NCBI GenBank assembly: GCA_964016885.1
Contig: OZ024746.1
Span: 26,164,001 to 26,228,000, forward strand
DNA: 64,000 bases
Source: Eledone cirrhosa
Lineage: Eukaryota
Reading direction: 5' to 3'
Shown here: positions 27,090-40,100 of the stretch, in pieces
How positions within the stretch are numbered: the first letter of the stretch is position 1
Layout of the letters: each line of letters opens with the position of its first letter
Made by a program: the position numbers and the translations under genes
Notes under the pieces: generated by a model
Databases searched by the model: none
What the model was told of the DNA's origin: nothing
Seen by the model: only the letters and a program-made list of their open reading frames with translations

Positions 27090-27520
27090 TTTGTGCCAGT
27101 CCGTACCTATGGTCATGAATCGTGGGAAATGATGACCAAAAGAATACAATAATGAATACAAGCCGCCAAAAAAGGGTTCCTCTGAAGGGTCTTTGGAGTA
27201 ACATTACTCGATAAAGTGCATAGCTCGGAGAGTCCCTCCAGGTAGAGCCACTACTTCTTCGAATTGAGAGATCACAGTTCTAATACTATGGACATGTGGT
27301 TAGAATGTCTCAAGAAAGAATCACTAGACAGATTTTATGGGAAAAACCAACCAGCAGGAGACCCAGCAAGATGGTTGGATAGCATCCATTAGCTTGGCTG
27401 GTCTCACTTGGGAATCCAGCCAGATCAATTGCAGACAATTGCTTCTGACAGGACCAGCTGGAGGGAGTGTTTGAGGATTCTATCCCCTTGACCCTCTCAG
27501 GAATAAGGAGAAGAAGAAAA
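27090..27520 (+). pseudogene. 3' end of an RTE-clade LINE
   Basis: VPVRTYGHESW...YYGHVVRMSQERITRQILWEKPTSRRP...RWLD matches typical RTE C-terminal motifs and ends in a GAA-rich tail. Confidence 0.8.
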
Positions 27521-27569
27521 AAAAAAGAGAAAGAAAAAAGAAAGAAAAAAGAAAGAAAAAGAAAGAAGC

Positions 27570-27571
<2 letters not shown>

Positions 27572-27611
<40 letters not shown>

Positions 27612-27776
27612 CATATATATATACATACATACATATATATATATACATACATATATATATATACATACATATATATATATACATACATATATATATATAC
27701 ATACATATATATATACATACATATATATATACATACATATATATATACATACATATATACATATATATATACATAC

Positions 27777-27817
<41 letters not shown>

Positions 27818-28008
27818 CATACATATACATATATATACATACACATATACATATATATACATACACATATATATACATACACATATATATACATACACAT
27901 ATACATATATATTCATACACATATATATACATACACATATACATATATATACATACACATATACATATATATACATACACATATACATATATATACATAC
28001 ACATATAC

Positions 28009-28039
<31 letters not shown>

Positions 28040-28042
28040 CAC

Positions 28043-28100
<58 letters not shown>
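27572..28100. repeat. (TA)n/(TACA)n microsatellite
   Basis: Direct reading. Confidence 0.95.
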
Positions 28101-28102
<2 letters not shown>

Positions 28103-31100
28103 TCCATTATGCTGTAGATGGCCGAAAGTAATGAAAAACTTCTTAGAAATGAAGAAAGCTACAACAATTTTAAGTAATTTTTGTCATTGATATTCACAGT
28201 AACATATTTTAGTTTCATTAGCTTGTCGACTCTTCTAATGGTTTGTGTTTGGAAGGCAGTGAACCAGCCATGATTCCTGAACTCTGTTAGCACTTGCTCT
28301 CGTTTGCTCTGGCCACCTCTTCTACTTTCAAAAGGCAATAAGATGAAACTAAAACAAGTTTCAAGATATATTTATCTACTATCACACCAGTTATTAAATG
28401 GAAATAACGTGTATTTATGATTCATAGACTATAAAAGAATATTTAATATCTTCATGAACAAATATTTCTAGACAAGAATTGATATAGTAAAAAATTCCTG
28501 TAGACATTTTTAAGCCATAAAAAAATGTATGACAAATTCATTTTTTTTCTACTCTTTTACTGTTTAGTGAGGGAGATAAAGGCACTGCCTATGGACCTTT
28601 TTAAGGTCTACATGACTAGTGGGATGGAGGAAAGAAGGTATCCTCCAAGACTGGTGAAGGGGAAATAAAAAAGTACCCTCAAACAAGAGACTCACACTAA
28701 ATGTTTGCAACAGAGTGAACTTTACTAAACACTTTAAAATAAACAGTTTTGTATCATAGAACCCAGGGTAGCTTCAGGTAAGTTTGGTATCAAAAGGGCT
28801 AAAGGGGAACATCTCTATGTTAAATCCATATAAGTGAAGAAATATAGGATAGGAAAGGAGCTGAAGACAGAACACACAGGGCTCAATCAGATATTGCAGG
28901 AACTTTAACAATTCTGTTAATCCACCATGCTTGGAATGGTATGATGAAAGGCAAAGTTGTCCTCAGCCGGTTTTAAGCTCAGAATGCAGTGGGCCAGAAC
29001 CAATACTAAAACTATGTACACCCCTCTCAGTCCACAGAATAGTATACAATGGTTTTATACAGCCATCAAACATGGTAGTGTCAGTGAATGGGAGATTCCT
29101 ATTTATGTTACTAAACTAAAGCCAAATATGTTATCGCCATTTTGTGCAGTAATGCTTTTGCCATCTTGTCCACAGGATGCAGCTGAGGCACCACTCAGAC
29201 TGGGATGTAGTGACAGCCTTCCCTCTCCTTTTCTTTCTTTGCTTGATCCTTCTTTCCTTTTCTTCTCTTCATTTTTCTCTGTCCTTTTCTGTCCCCTTTA
29301 ACAGTGTGTTTTGTTCTTCTTAGCTACTGCTCAATATGTACTTATACTTTACATTGATTAATAAATATTTCACTGATTCGACTCAGAATTTTCTTTATTT
29401 ACTGCCTTGTTTACTTCTTTATTTGTTATGGATTATTTTTACATACATACAACAAAACATTAACTCTAGGCTTATTTTAAAGTGGAGTTTATGCATACAA
29501 TATTTATGCATGCTATGTTATGTATAAATATTTATGACTTAATTATGTTGCCAAACAAATGCACCTTATGCATATTAGGCTGACCATTTCAATTAAGTTC
29601 TGGTATGTGTTTGGCATAAATAGCAGTTTGCTATAAGCTTTCTTCATAGGCAGAAGGATAAGGGTACTTGGTTTCTGATAAACGGTCAAATAGCTGTTAG
29701 ACATGTAAAGGCAATATCTTATGTTTTGCTCTACATAAAGAGATAACAAAAATGTGTTTATATTTGTTCAGTTTTCACAGCAAATCTTATAATTTAAAAC
29801 TGTAGTTATACCTATATTAAATTTATCTGGGATTAATCCTTTTATTACTTACTATACTTTCATTCTCTCTTTCTTTTCTTAGTTTCAGACATTAGACTAT
29901 GGTCATACTGGGACAATGCTTTTAGGGGATTTAGTCAATCATAGTACATATTCTTTCAAATCTGGCACTTATTTTATCGATCTCATTTTGTTGAACTGTT
30001 AAGTGATGGGACATAAACACAAACACAGACATGGACACACACATGTGTGTGTTTGTGTTTATTATGACACATACATAAGATAGTCTATTTGCAATCAAAG
30101 GTTCCATAAACTAGCAAACCTGCATTAGTGTTAGCTGTGTTTGGTAGTCATATCATCAAGGAAATATGCAATTAAAAAAAAATATATATTCATTCATTCA
30201 TTTCATTTTACGTCCGCTTTTTCCCTATGTATGTATACATATGAGAAGCTGCTGCAGTTTCTGTCTACCAACTTCCCCTCACAAAGCACTAATTAACCCA
30301 TGGCTACAGTAGAAGGCACTTGCCCAAGTGCCACAGAATGGGACTGAACCTAGAATCATAGTTACATAACATGCCTGCACCTCTACCTCTAATTAATATA
30401 CACCCCCACGCCCACTAGATATTAGCATATAACAGAGATCACAGACTCGTTTAAACTTAGGGGGCCGTGAATCATTTCATAGCTTTAATATTTGGGATAC
30501 ATCAGAAACCTTTATTCATACCACCCAATACAATGTATTCAATATCTTTTTTATATACCTGCTATTGTCAAAGAGTGAATAATTTTTAAAATTGGATGTT
30601 TCCGAATTATTGGAAGCCAGTATGTTTTAGAGGTGTACATCCTTTCAAATGCTACCAACCATCAATAAACTGGACTGGAAGCAGTTATGATGATTGTTTT
30701 ATTTATTTTATTTTTCTCACTTAGCTTGTCTGAAGGAAACACTAAAATGATAAACGAGAATACAATTCTTACAACCAGCTTCAAAGCTATTGTATAGGAT
30801 TAGTAGCTATACACATTAACCATATATTGTAAAGGATCGGTAGCCATACACATTAACCATATATAATGTGATATTTCAGCCTGAAACTAGTTGATTTTAA
30901 TATCATTTAGTAACAATATGTGAAAAAAATTGATTCATAATGCCATTTTATTACTGGGATAATATAAGGTGAGAATCAACTGGAAGTCTTTCAGTCACAG
31001 ATATTATTGAAATCAGGAAATTCTTCATCAATCTCATACTCGCAGATAATTTAGAATTCTTTCATTACAGTTAGTAAAAAACAGTTGTATTTATATTTTG

Positions 31101-33366
31101 TATTTTTTTAACAGGTAAAACTACTTTACTGTAATATTAATAACATGTCATGCGAGAGTAAGAGAGGGCGGAGACTAGAGAGTGAGGGAGAGAAGAGAAA
31201 AGTTAAACTACAGTAGCACTAATAGAGTGGAGAGGTAGTGAGGGAGTGGTGGAGGAAGAGAGGAGATGGAGAAAGAGAAAGAGGGCAGAATATATAGAGG
31301 GATAGAGAGAGAATGGGGAAACAGACTGAGAAAGATAAAGTGTGTGAATGTGTGAAGGTAATTGAAGGAATGATTCACAGAACATTTGTGCTTATTCTAT
31401 ATATATATATAGAGATAGATAGATAGAAAGAGAGAGAATACATACACGCAAACACACATGCATAGACATAAAAACAGGTACACACACACACACACATGCA
31501 TAGAAGATAAAAACAGTCATACATACCTAGCTACTCATGAAAAATTAATTTTTCGAAATTACAATAAAAGTTTAAAATGTATTAAACCAGAAGAAGAGAG
31601 AATTATGAAAATCACATGGAATGGCAGCAGAAATGTAAAATATTTCAAAAAGATAAAATTTGAAATGTAGTTGTCCTAACGTAAATAATCACAACTATAG
31701 TTGATCACTATAAATATTAGGTAAAGTACCTCTGGAGATGGACAAAACGTCCAATTTTCTTTATTATGTACAGTGGTTGGCTATTATTGTGATCATTTGT
31801 GTTGGGACGACTTCTTTCAACTTCCAAATTTTCCCAATGCTTCTTAAGTCAACCAGTTATTTTAAATATAACATTATTTCAAACACATCAATTACACGTT
31901 GGATCGCCGGTGGTTCTAATGATTCATGTTTTAATTGTTAGATCATTGGAACAGCTTGCACAGGAAATTAACATGCAAGCAGCAGAATATTCCACAGACA
32001 GATATAAAGTTTGTCTTGAGGCTAGAGACTCCTCAGACCAGTGCTTATCTCAGTGTTCATGGTATGAAGCAACTGAAGGTACAAGACTTCCCCGCTGGAC
32101 AAGACACCAGTCCATTGCAGGGTTAAACCCCCAGATATTGCTGGTACTCATTTTCAGCTGAGTATAATGGAGCAACATGAAATTAAGTGTTTTGCTCAAG
32201 AACACAACACACAACCTAGCCCAGGAATCGAACCCATGATATTATGATCATCAGTCCAACACCCTTACCACTAGGCCACGTGCCTCCACAAACACATGCA
32301 CCCTTAATTTAGTTTGCAGTGTCATTCAGCATGATGCTGAGTGTGACCTGGCTGGCCTTTGAAATTACAGGTATGGTCTATCTTGTATTAATTCTTTGAT
32401 ACCAACCCACTCAAAACTACCCAGGTTGTATAGTGAAATTCCATGTTTTAAATTTAAACCTTCCTTTATAATTTAAAGAAATTTTGTTAAGTTGTTCCAA
32501 ACGCCAATTTAATAATCAGTAAGTTATTCTACTGAATTCCTCCAAATTATTGCTTATTTTGAAAATTAATTGAAAGTCATAGGCAAAGTGTTTTATTAGA
32601 AATATGGTAACAAGAATGTGCAAGTGATTGTGTTTTCCCCAGACAAGTGTACCCCTAGCATAGTTCTTGAGGAAATTTGGTGTACCAGACTGAGTGATCA
32701 AGATGGCCCTTAGAATTACAGGTACTGTCTATTTTGTATGAGTATTCCACCGACACATGCAATCATAAGGTAGATCTTGAGGAAATTCAGCGAGACACGC
32801 TACAAGTATGTGACAAAGTTGATTCTTTGAATTTCGGAAATAACACATTTTTTACCAGGTGAGTGGACTGCGTTATGGTTAAATAAATTGTCTTGCCAAA
32901 GGATACAATGCACCATTGAGAATCAAACACACTACCTTACGATCACGATCCAGGCACTTTCACTATTAAGCCACAAACCTTCATAAGTCTATTATATACA
33001 ACTGCTTTATAGATTAGTATTTATCATTTTCAATATTCTAGAAATTTACATGAATATTTACACTGATATTTTTTAATTATGTTTGTGTACAAAATAGTAT
33101 TGTTTAGAAAGATGAAATAAGGTTGTGAAATACTTTGAAAAATAATTTAATAAATAAAAAATTCAGTTTAATAAAATCAATTTTAAAACAAACTTTCTCT
33201 TTGAAATATTTACAAAACAAATACAATATATATATATGTGTGTGTGGATGTTTTAGTGTGTATGTATAACTTATTTGTTTTATGAATTTCTCAAAAGCTA
33301 TTTCTTTTTTACACACACACAGACGTATATATATATATACAGAGAGAGAGAGAGAAATACACACAC

Positions 33367-33454
<88 letters not shown>

Positions 33455-33519
33455 TACACATATCAGAACAGTCAACAAAGTACAGCAACATGGGAGAACA
33501 ATATAATACAGTAATGGTG

Positions 33520-33600
33520 TATTAGTTTAGCACTTCATAGTGTTGGGTAAAAGTCTAAACACTTCGGATGCTCGTTATTCATCAAAAGATAGAGTGACAG
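33520..33600 (-). ncRNA. Degenerate Penelope-type minimal hammerhead relic (copy 2)
   Basis: Minus strand CTCTATCTT-TTGATGA-ATAACGAGCATCC-GAAGT-GTTTAGACT aligns with 2851-2893, and shares the downstream AAGT..TAAACTAATA. Confidence 0.5.
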
Positions 33601-33721
33601 AGAGGAGGAAGGATGTTTGGAAGAAGAAAAAGGAAAAAGAACAAGAGTAAAAAAAGAAAGAAAACACGAAAAACGTAAATAGGAGAGAAAGCATGTATTG
33701 TTAGTCAACCATACATATAAA

Positions 33722-34330
33722 CAGGGTTGCTCAATTTTATGAGGACACATCTTTTAATAGCTCTAACTTTTTTCTAACTTGTTCTGATTAACACTTCCTT
33801 TCAAATAAATGATGACAGACATCAAGCTAACTCAGCAAGTGAAAAGACACACTGTAACCATTACCTTAAAGGCAGAGTATAGTGATTTAGAGATTGCTAG
33901 CTTCCTAAAAGTTGTTGTTGTCAAATTTGCAAAGAGCTGAAAGCCTGCTAATTGTCCTAATACCATCAGAACATTCAAATTCATACAAAAGGTGCAGAAA
34001 ATTATTAATAAGAAACTCAGAAAGTCAATTAGCAACATTACTGAAGGAGCTCAAGGTTTCAAGACACACTATCAGAAGAATTGTTCATTAGGACCTTTGA
34101 TACAAGTTATATGTGATGCAAGGAGGTCAATTCATGTCTGCAATGACAAAAGATACCTGTCTGATCCACACAAAGCACTTGTTGAACAAATTCAAATATC
34201 AAGGACCTGAAATGCTTTGGTTTTTCTCTGATGATAAAAACTTTGATCAAGACCAAATGGTCAAGCAAAGGAATGACAGATGGTTATGTAGAGACCCTAA
34301 AGACCTATGATGATTCAGGGAGTCAGTAGC
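33722..34330 (+). pseudogene. Decayed Tc1/mariner-superfamily (DD37D/maT-like) transposon fragment
   Basis: Starts CAGGGTTG (TIR-like). The peptide PEMLWFFSDDKNFDQDQMVKQRNDRWLC resembles the FSDEK...N.QNDRW motif of these transposases. Confidence 0.7.
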
Positions 34331-35029
34331 AATGTTGTTATATTTTGGGATTGACATTTTGCCAATAAAAACACATGCCCTATTTGACTTTCACTTCAGC
34401 TTTGTTATTGGTTATTGTGTGTGTGCATGCACATGTGTGTATGTGTGAGTGAGTGTTTGTGAAAAGAATGAGGTGAACAAATATATAGTGTTAATCTGCA
34501 GGTGGTATATATATATATATATAGTTAAATTTATTAGAAGCAATCACATTTCAGTGTTAATGTATTTATCACCTAAGGCTATAGTTGAAGACACCTGCTG
34601 GTGGTGCTCTGCAGGTGAATTGCACTCAGAAGTAGGGAATTACAAAGTGAATATCTTAACCTTATTGCCATGTCTGTGTTTATAGGTTAAAAGGAATCAT
34701 AGATTTTGAGGGTCAAGAAAGGAGAAAAGATGCGTCAATATTCTTACTTTTGCTAAAATTATTGTCAACTTATCGTCACCATCATCACCATCATCACCAT
34801 CTTCATCACTATAATTTTTTTCAATAATCATGGAAAATATATTAAATTTGTTTACATATCTATATACTCAATGTATGTTGTTTTTGTGTGTGTGTGTATA
34901 TATTATATACACACACACATTTATATATATACACCATACCACAATGACAGTTGGCTTTCCTGATAATTTCCTCCGAATGAAACAATTCTAGTCCTGTAGA
35001 AGCCGTTTCTATATTCTATATATATATAT

Positions 35030-35430
35030 ATAGTCAGTAGGCACCTCTTAACCAAATATATACCCCATCCCACTACCCCAACCACCACCTCACACCCCAC
35101 TCTCACCAACACCACCCTTTCTCTGTAAAGTTATATTGGTACCACAACATGCAGTCCAAAATAAATGAGGTCGTGTAGGTGTCACGACAAAAAAACACAG
35201 TCGACGCTGTAATGTGGCCGTGTAGGTAACACGGTAAAACCTCCCAGTCCACACTGTAAACGTGGTTGGTGTTATGAAGGGCATCCAGCCATAGAAAACC
35301 CGCCAGACAGTCCTATATGAGCGAGACATGGTCATCCGATCAATCTTGCCTCAAGTGGGACAATTCCCGTCTAAACCCATGCTATTGTGGAAGATAGACG
35401 TTAAATGGTGGTGATGATGATGATGATGAT
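35030..35430 (+). mobile_element. (ATG)n-tailed SINE-like element, near full length
   Basis: Colinear with 61190-61680; ends GACGTTAAA-(TGA)n. Confidence 0.8.
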
Positions 35431-35612
35431 ACATATATATATATATAATACATACACACATTCATGCAGCCTTAGTTAACCCTGCATTGTATACGTACAG
35501 ATATTTATTTATCTATAATGTTATTAATGTTGATGTACTGCTGAAAACAATACCCACCTACATAAGATTTTTGTGGGATTCTGAACTCTCTGACAGGTTT
35601 CATGTTTTCTAA

Positions 35613-36674
35613 TCTATATATATAAAACTGTGGTTGTCTGTCTGTCTATCGATTTTTGGCACACATCTCCTCTTAGAATCTCTCACGGAATTGCACCGAA
35701 ATTGCTATACTTGTACATTGAGCCCTAGCGAAGACATCGGAAAAAAAAAAATTTCAAATTGACCCACCCTATGTGACGAAATCGAATATAATGTATCGAT
35801 TTTTGAGCGTAAGTTATCAGTTATTTCCCTTTGTTCTGTTTACATTGAGCGTCTTACGTAAAAAATTACGCTGGCTTTCTCAGTCTTTGTTAATAAATAA
35901 CCAGTGCAGTTTTTATCCCCAGCATCCTCTTTTGTTATAACATTCGGGTTATCGTTATGTTTTCTTAACTTCATAAGGCATATTGTTGGTTGAGGGAATA
36001 TTAATCAAAAACACCACATGCAAGTCTGCACAGTAGACACTACAGTTTTTAAGCCAAAAAAGAAACTTAACATTGTAACTTTAACACAGCTACTGAGCGA
36101 CCCCGTTTTGCTTCATTTCCATTTAAAAGCATTTTAAAACAATATTTTTACTTGAAAACAAGTCTATTTAAAGACTACGTAAAACAAGCAAATATTTCGT
36201 CGTTAGGCGTGCAGACAGACAGTCATGCAGAGAGGTGATATAGGCGTGCAGACAGACAGTCGTGCAGAGAGGTGATATAGGCGTGCAGACAGACAGTCGT
36301 GCAGAGAGGTGATATAGGCGTGCAGACAGACAGTCGTGCAGAGAGGTGATATAGGCGTGCAGACAGACATAACTGATAATTTGGTTACGCTAATGTTTTT
36401 CTCTGAATTGCAGTGTTTACATTTTCGATCTTTGTTAATAAATAACCAGTGCAGTTTCTATCCCCAGCATCCTCTTTTGTTATAACATTCGGGTTATCGT
36501 TATGTTTTCTTAACTTCATAAGGCATATTGTTGGTTGAGGGAATATTAATCAAAAACACCACATGCAAGTCTGCACAGTAGACACTACAGTTTTTAAGCC
36601 AATAAAGAAACTTAACATTGTAACTTTAACACAGCTACTGAGCGACCCCGAGCAACGCCGGGCTTTACTGCTAG
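35613..36674 (+). mobile_element. Non-autonomous Helitron with internal duplication and minisatellite
   Basis: A|TCTATATATATAAAA 5' end and 3' hairpin CCCGAGCAACGCCGGG + CTTTACTG-CTAG|T. A ~220-bp direct duplication occupies ~35884-36103 and ~36429-36650. Confidence 0.88.
36204..36369. repeat. 37-bp tandem repeat (~4.5 copies) inside the Helitron
   Basis: TAGGCGTGCAGACAGACAGTCGTGCAGAGAGGTGATA. Confidence 0.95.
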
Positions 36675-36749
36675 TGAATAATAAAACGAATAATTAAGTT
36701 ATTGTAAATGTCAAATTCAGTGGTTATGATAAATTTAACCACTGATTTG

Positions 36750-38010
36750 GGTTAAATGGAGAAGGGGATATTGTAAATAGTAAAATAGTTTTAATGTTTA
36801 TAAGGGTTAAATGGAGGAGGGGATATTGTAAATAGTAAAATGGTCTTAATGTTTATAAGGGTTAAATGGAGGAGGGGATATTGTAAATAGTAATATAGTT
36901 TTAATGTTTATAAGGGTTAAATGGAGGAGGGGATATTGTAAATAGTAATATAGTTTTAATGTTTATAAGGGTTAAATGGAGGAGGGGATATTGTAAATAG
37001 TAATATAGTTTTAATGTTTATAAGGGTTAAATGGAGGAGGGGATATTGTAAATAGTAATATAGTTTTAATGTTTATAAGGGTTAAATGGAGGAGGGGATA
37101 TTGTAAATAGTAATATAGTTTTAATGTTTATAAGGGTTAAATGGAGGAGGGGATATTGTAAATAGTAATATAGTTTTAATGTTTATAAGGGTTAAATGGA
37201 GGGGGGGGATATTGTAAATGGTAAAATGGTCTTAATGTTTATAAGGGTTAAATGGAGGAGGGGATATTGTAAATGGTAAAATGGTCTTAATGTTTATAAG
37301 GGTTAAATGGAGGAGGGGATATTGTAAATGGTAAAATGGTCTTAATGTTTATAAGGGTTAAATGGAAGAGGGGATATTGTAAATAGTAATATAGTTTTAA
37401 TGTTTATAAGGGTTAAATGGAGGAGGGGATATTGTAAATGGTAAAATGGTCTTAATGTTTATAAGGGTTAAATGGAGGAGGGGATATTGTAAATGGTAAA
37501 ATGGTCTTAATGTTTATAAGGGTTAAATGGAAGAGGGGATATTGTAAATAGTAATATAGTTTTAATGTTTATAAGGGTTAAATGGAGGAGGGGATATTGT
37601 AAATGGTAAAATGGTCTTAATGTTTATAAGGGTTAAATGGAGGAGGGGATATTGTAAATGGTAAAATGGTCTTAATGTTTATAAGGGTTAAATGGAGGAG
37701 GGGATATTGTAAATGGTAAAATGGTCTTAATGTTTATAAGGGTTAAATGGAGGAGGGGATATTGTAAATGGTAAAATGGTCTTAATGTTTATAAGGGTTA
37801 AATGGAGGAGGGGATATTGTAAATGGTAAAATGGTCTTAATGTTTATAAGGGTTAAATGGAGGAGGGGATTTTGTAAATGGTAAAATGGTCTTAATGTTT
37901 ATAAGGGTTAAATGGAGGAGGGGATATTGTAAATGGTAAAATGGTCTTAATGTTTATAAGGGTTAAATGGAGGAGGGGATATTGTAAATGGTAAAATGGT
38001 CTTAATGTTT
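36750..38010. repeat. 55-bp minisatellite (~23 copies, two variants)
   Basis: GGTTAAATGGAGGAGGGGATATTGTAAAT(AGTAATATAGTT/GGTAAAATGGTC)TTAATGTTTATAAG. Confidence 0.97.
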
Positions 38011-38094
38011 AATAGGTCATATTTAGTTGAGTAATACTCGAGAAAAACAGCAACGTTGGTTAATAAGAATGTTATTTAATATATCATATTTTCC

Positions 38095-38515
38095 ACAAGA
38101 GACCCAGGGATAGACGCCTAGCAAGATGGTTGGATAACATCCATGACTTCGCTGGTCACATTTGGGGATCCAGCTGGATCAGTTGGATATGGTTGCTTCT
38201 GACAGGACCTGCTGGAAGGAGCATATGAGGACTCTGCCCTCCCGGTCCTCTCAGGAATAAATGGGCAAAGGAGGAGAAGAAGAATATATTCTACAGTGGC
38301 AGGCTGGTAAAGGCCCTGCACCAGATGGCTGGACATGATTAAGGAAGATCTCCAGAGCTTCAATGTCACCATGGATGGTGCAGAGGGGCTGGCACAGGAC
38401 TGCCAATTCTGAAGGACACTGGTAGACCTCAGCTCTATACACAATGACATCTCTGGAAATGCTGACCAGGATGACACCAGTCCCAATAAGCGAGAGCAAT
38501 AGATGATAAGATGAT
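38095..38515 (+). pseudogene. Two stacked RTE-LINE 3' ends
   Basis: 38095-38285 is homologous to 27360-27520. 38300-38515 reads RPCTRWLDMIKEDLQSFNVTMDGAEGLAQD, an RTE C-terminus. Confidence 0.75.
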
Positions 38516-38589
38516 ATATTCCACAGTCTTTAGTATGAAACAGTAATAGTGATGTTGGTTAATCAGGAGAATGGCCTTTAGTATGATAA

Positions 38590-38975
38590 GGTAGTGAATT
38601 GGTTGAGTTATTAGAGCATCGAATAGAGTGCTTTACAGTATTCATTCTGGTTCTCTACTCTCTCAGTTCAAATCCCACTGAGGTCAACTTTGCCTTTCAT
38701 CCTTTAGAGTTTGATTTAAAAAGTACTAATCCAGTACTGGAGTTGATTCTTCCTTTATATCTCTTTCTCACTTTCTCTCTCTCACTCTCAATCCTTCTCT
38801 GGAAGAAATCTGCTGAGTTCAGACCTAGAGAAGGATGGGCTCTGCCAGGCTTAAAATGCCCAAGAAACAATGTATGTGACTACAGTGCTTTTACAACTAC
38901 AACAGAAATTACAGAACTATCACAATGTGGTGCCCCAACATGGCCACAGTCTAATGACTGTACCCAATAAAAGAG
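38590..38975 (+). mobile_element. tRNA-derived SINE with extended body
   Basis: GTTCAAATCCCACTGAGGTCAACTTTGCCTTTCATCC; body shared with 7230-7500 and 50945-51240. Confidence 0.7.
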
Positions 38976-39032
38976 AAAAGAATATAAATAAATACCCTCC
39001 AAAGAAGTGACTGTTTAATGTAAAACAAACTC

Positions 39033-39365
39033 ATGTGGTGGTGGTGGTAGCAATGGTTTTTGTGGTGGTATTGGTGGTATTGGTGATGTTGGTGATGGTG
39101 GTTGTGGTGATGGTAAAAGTGTTAGTGTCACTGGTAGTGATGATGACAATGGCTATGACAATGATGATGACCATGCTAATGATGGTGGTGAAGAAAATGG
39201 TGATGACAATGAGGATAGCATTGACGATAGTGTTGATAATGATGATAGTGTTGATAATGATGGCAACGATGATAGTGTTGATGATAATGATGGCGAAGAT
39301 AATGGTGTTGATGATAGTGCTGATAATGATAATGGTGATAATGATAATGGTGATAATAATGATGC
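39033..39365. repeat. (GAT/GGT)n microsatellite
   Basis: Direct reading. Confidence 0.9.
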
Positions 39366-39744
39366 CAACCAAAGTACTAAATCAATAAGATTTTATAACA
39401 GCCATTTAGAATAGGAACTGAGAGGTCTGTGATGCCATTTGTACATAATTAACCCTTCGACAACCACTATGGATAATGTTATTCCACCAATTAGCTGAAT
39501 ATGTGGCAGTTCTTCTCTTGTGGTTTATTTAGCTTTGATCTTCAGAATTAATAGAGGAATTTTTTTTTTTTCTTTGGCTTAGAATAGTTTTTAGTCCTAA
39601 TCTCTCAATCATTGCCGTTTTACATACATTTTTCATATTGGCATTAGTTGGCTAAGATGTCATGTTATGAGACTAGACAGGACAAATGACCATATCATGC
39701 TCATATATTACACTTTGGCTTGGTTTCTATGATTGGATGCCCTC

Positions 39745-40100
39745 CCTATTGTTAACTACTTTACCAGCACTACCACTTTACAGAAAGACCTGGGTATATT
39801 TTATCATGGCAGTAGCACTACAAATTTATAGTGTTCTGGGAGCAATTTAATGTGCCACCACTGCCACTTTACAGAGTGAACTGGGTGTACTTTATCATGA
39901 CACTGGCACTACCAATTTATAGAGTGAATTGAAGCATTTTATTGTTTCACCAGAACTACCACTTTACAGGATGACTTGGGTGTATTTTATTGTAGCACTG
40001 ATACTAGCAATTTATAGAGTGTACTGGGGGCATTTTATTGTGCCACCAGCACTACCACTTAATAGAGTGAACTAGGTGCATTTCGGTGTAGCATAAATAC
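39745..40100. repeat. ~47-bp diverged tandem array derived from SINE-internal sequence
   Basis: ACCACTTTACAGAGTG.ACTGGGTGCATTTTAT.GTGGCACCAGCACT units following GGATGCCCT. The same array recurs at 42520-42850. Confidence 0.75.

Noticed and set aside
31085-31120. Recursive splice site (pyrimidine tract-CAG|GTAAAA)
   Set aside because: The donor is sub-consensus and such motifs arise readily in AT-rich DNA. It would need nascent-RNA sawtooth data.
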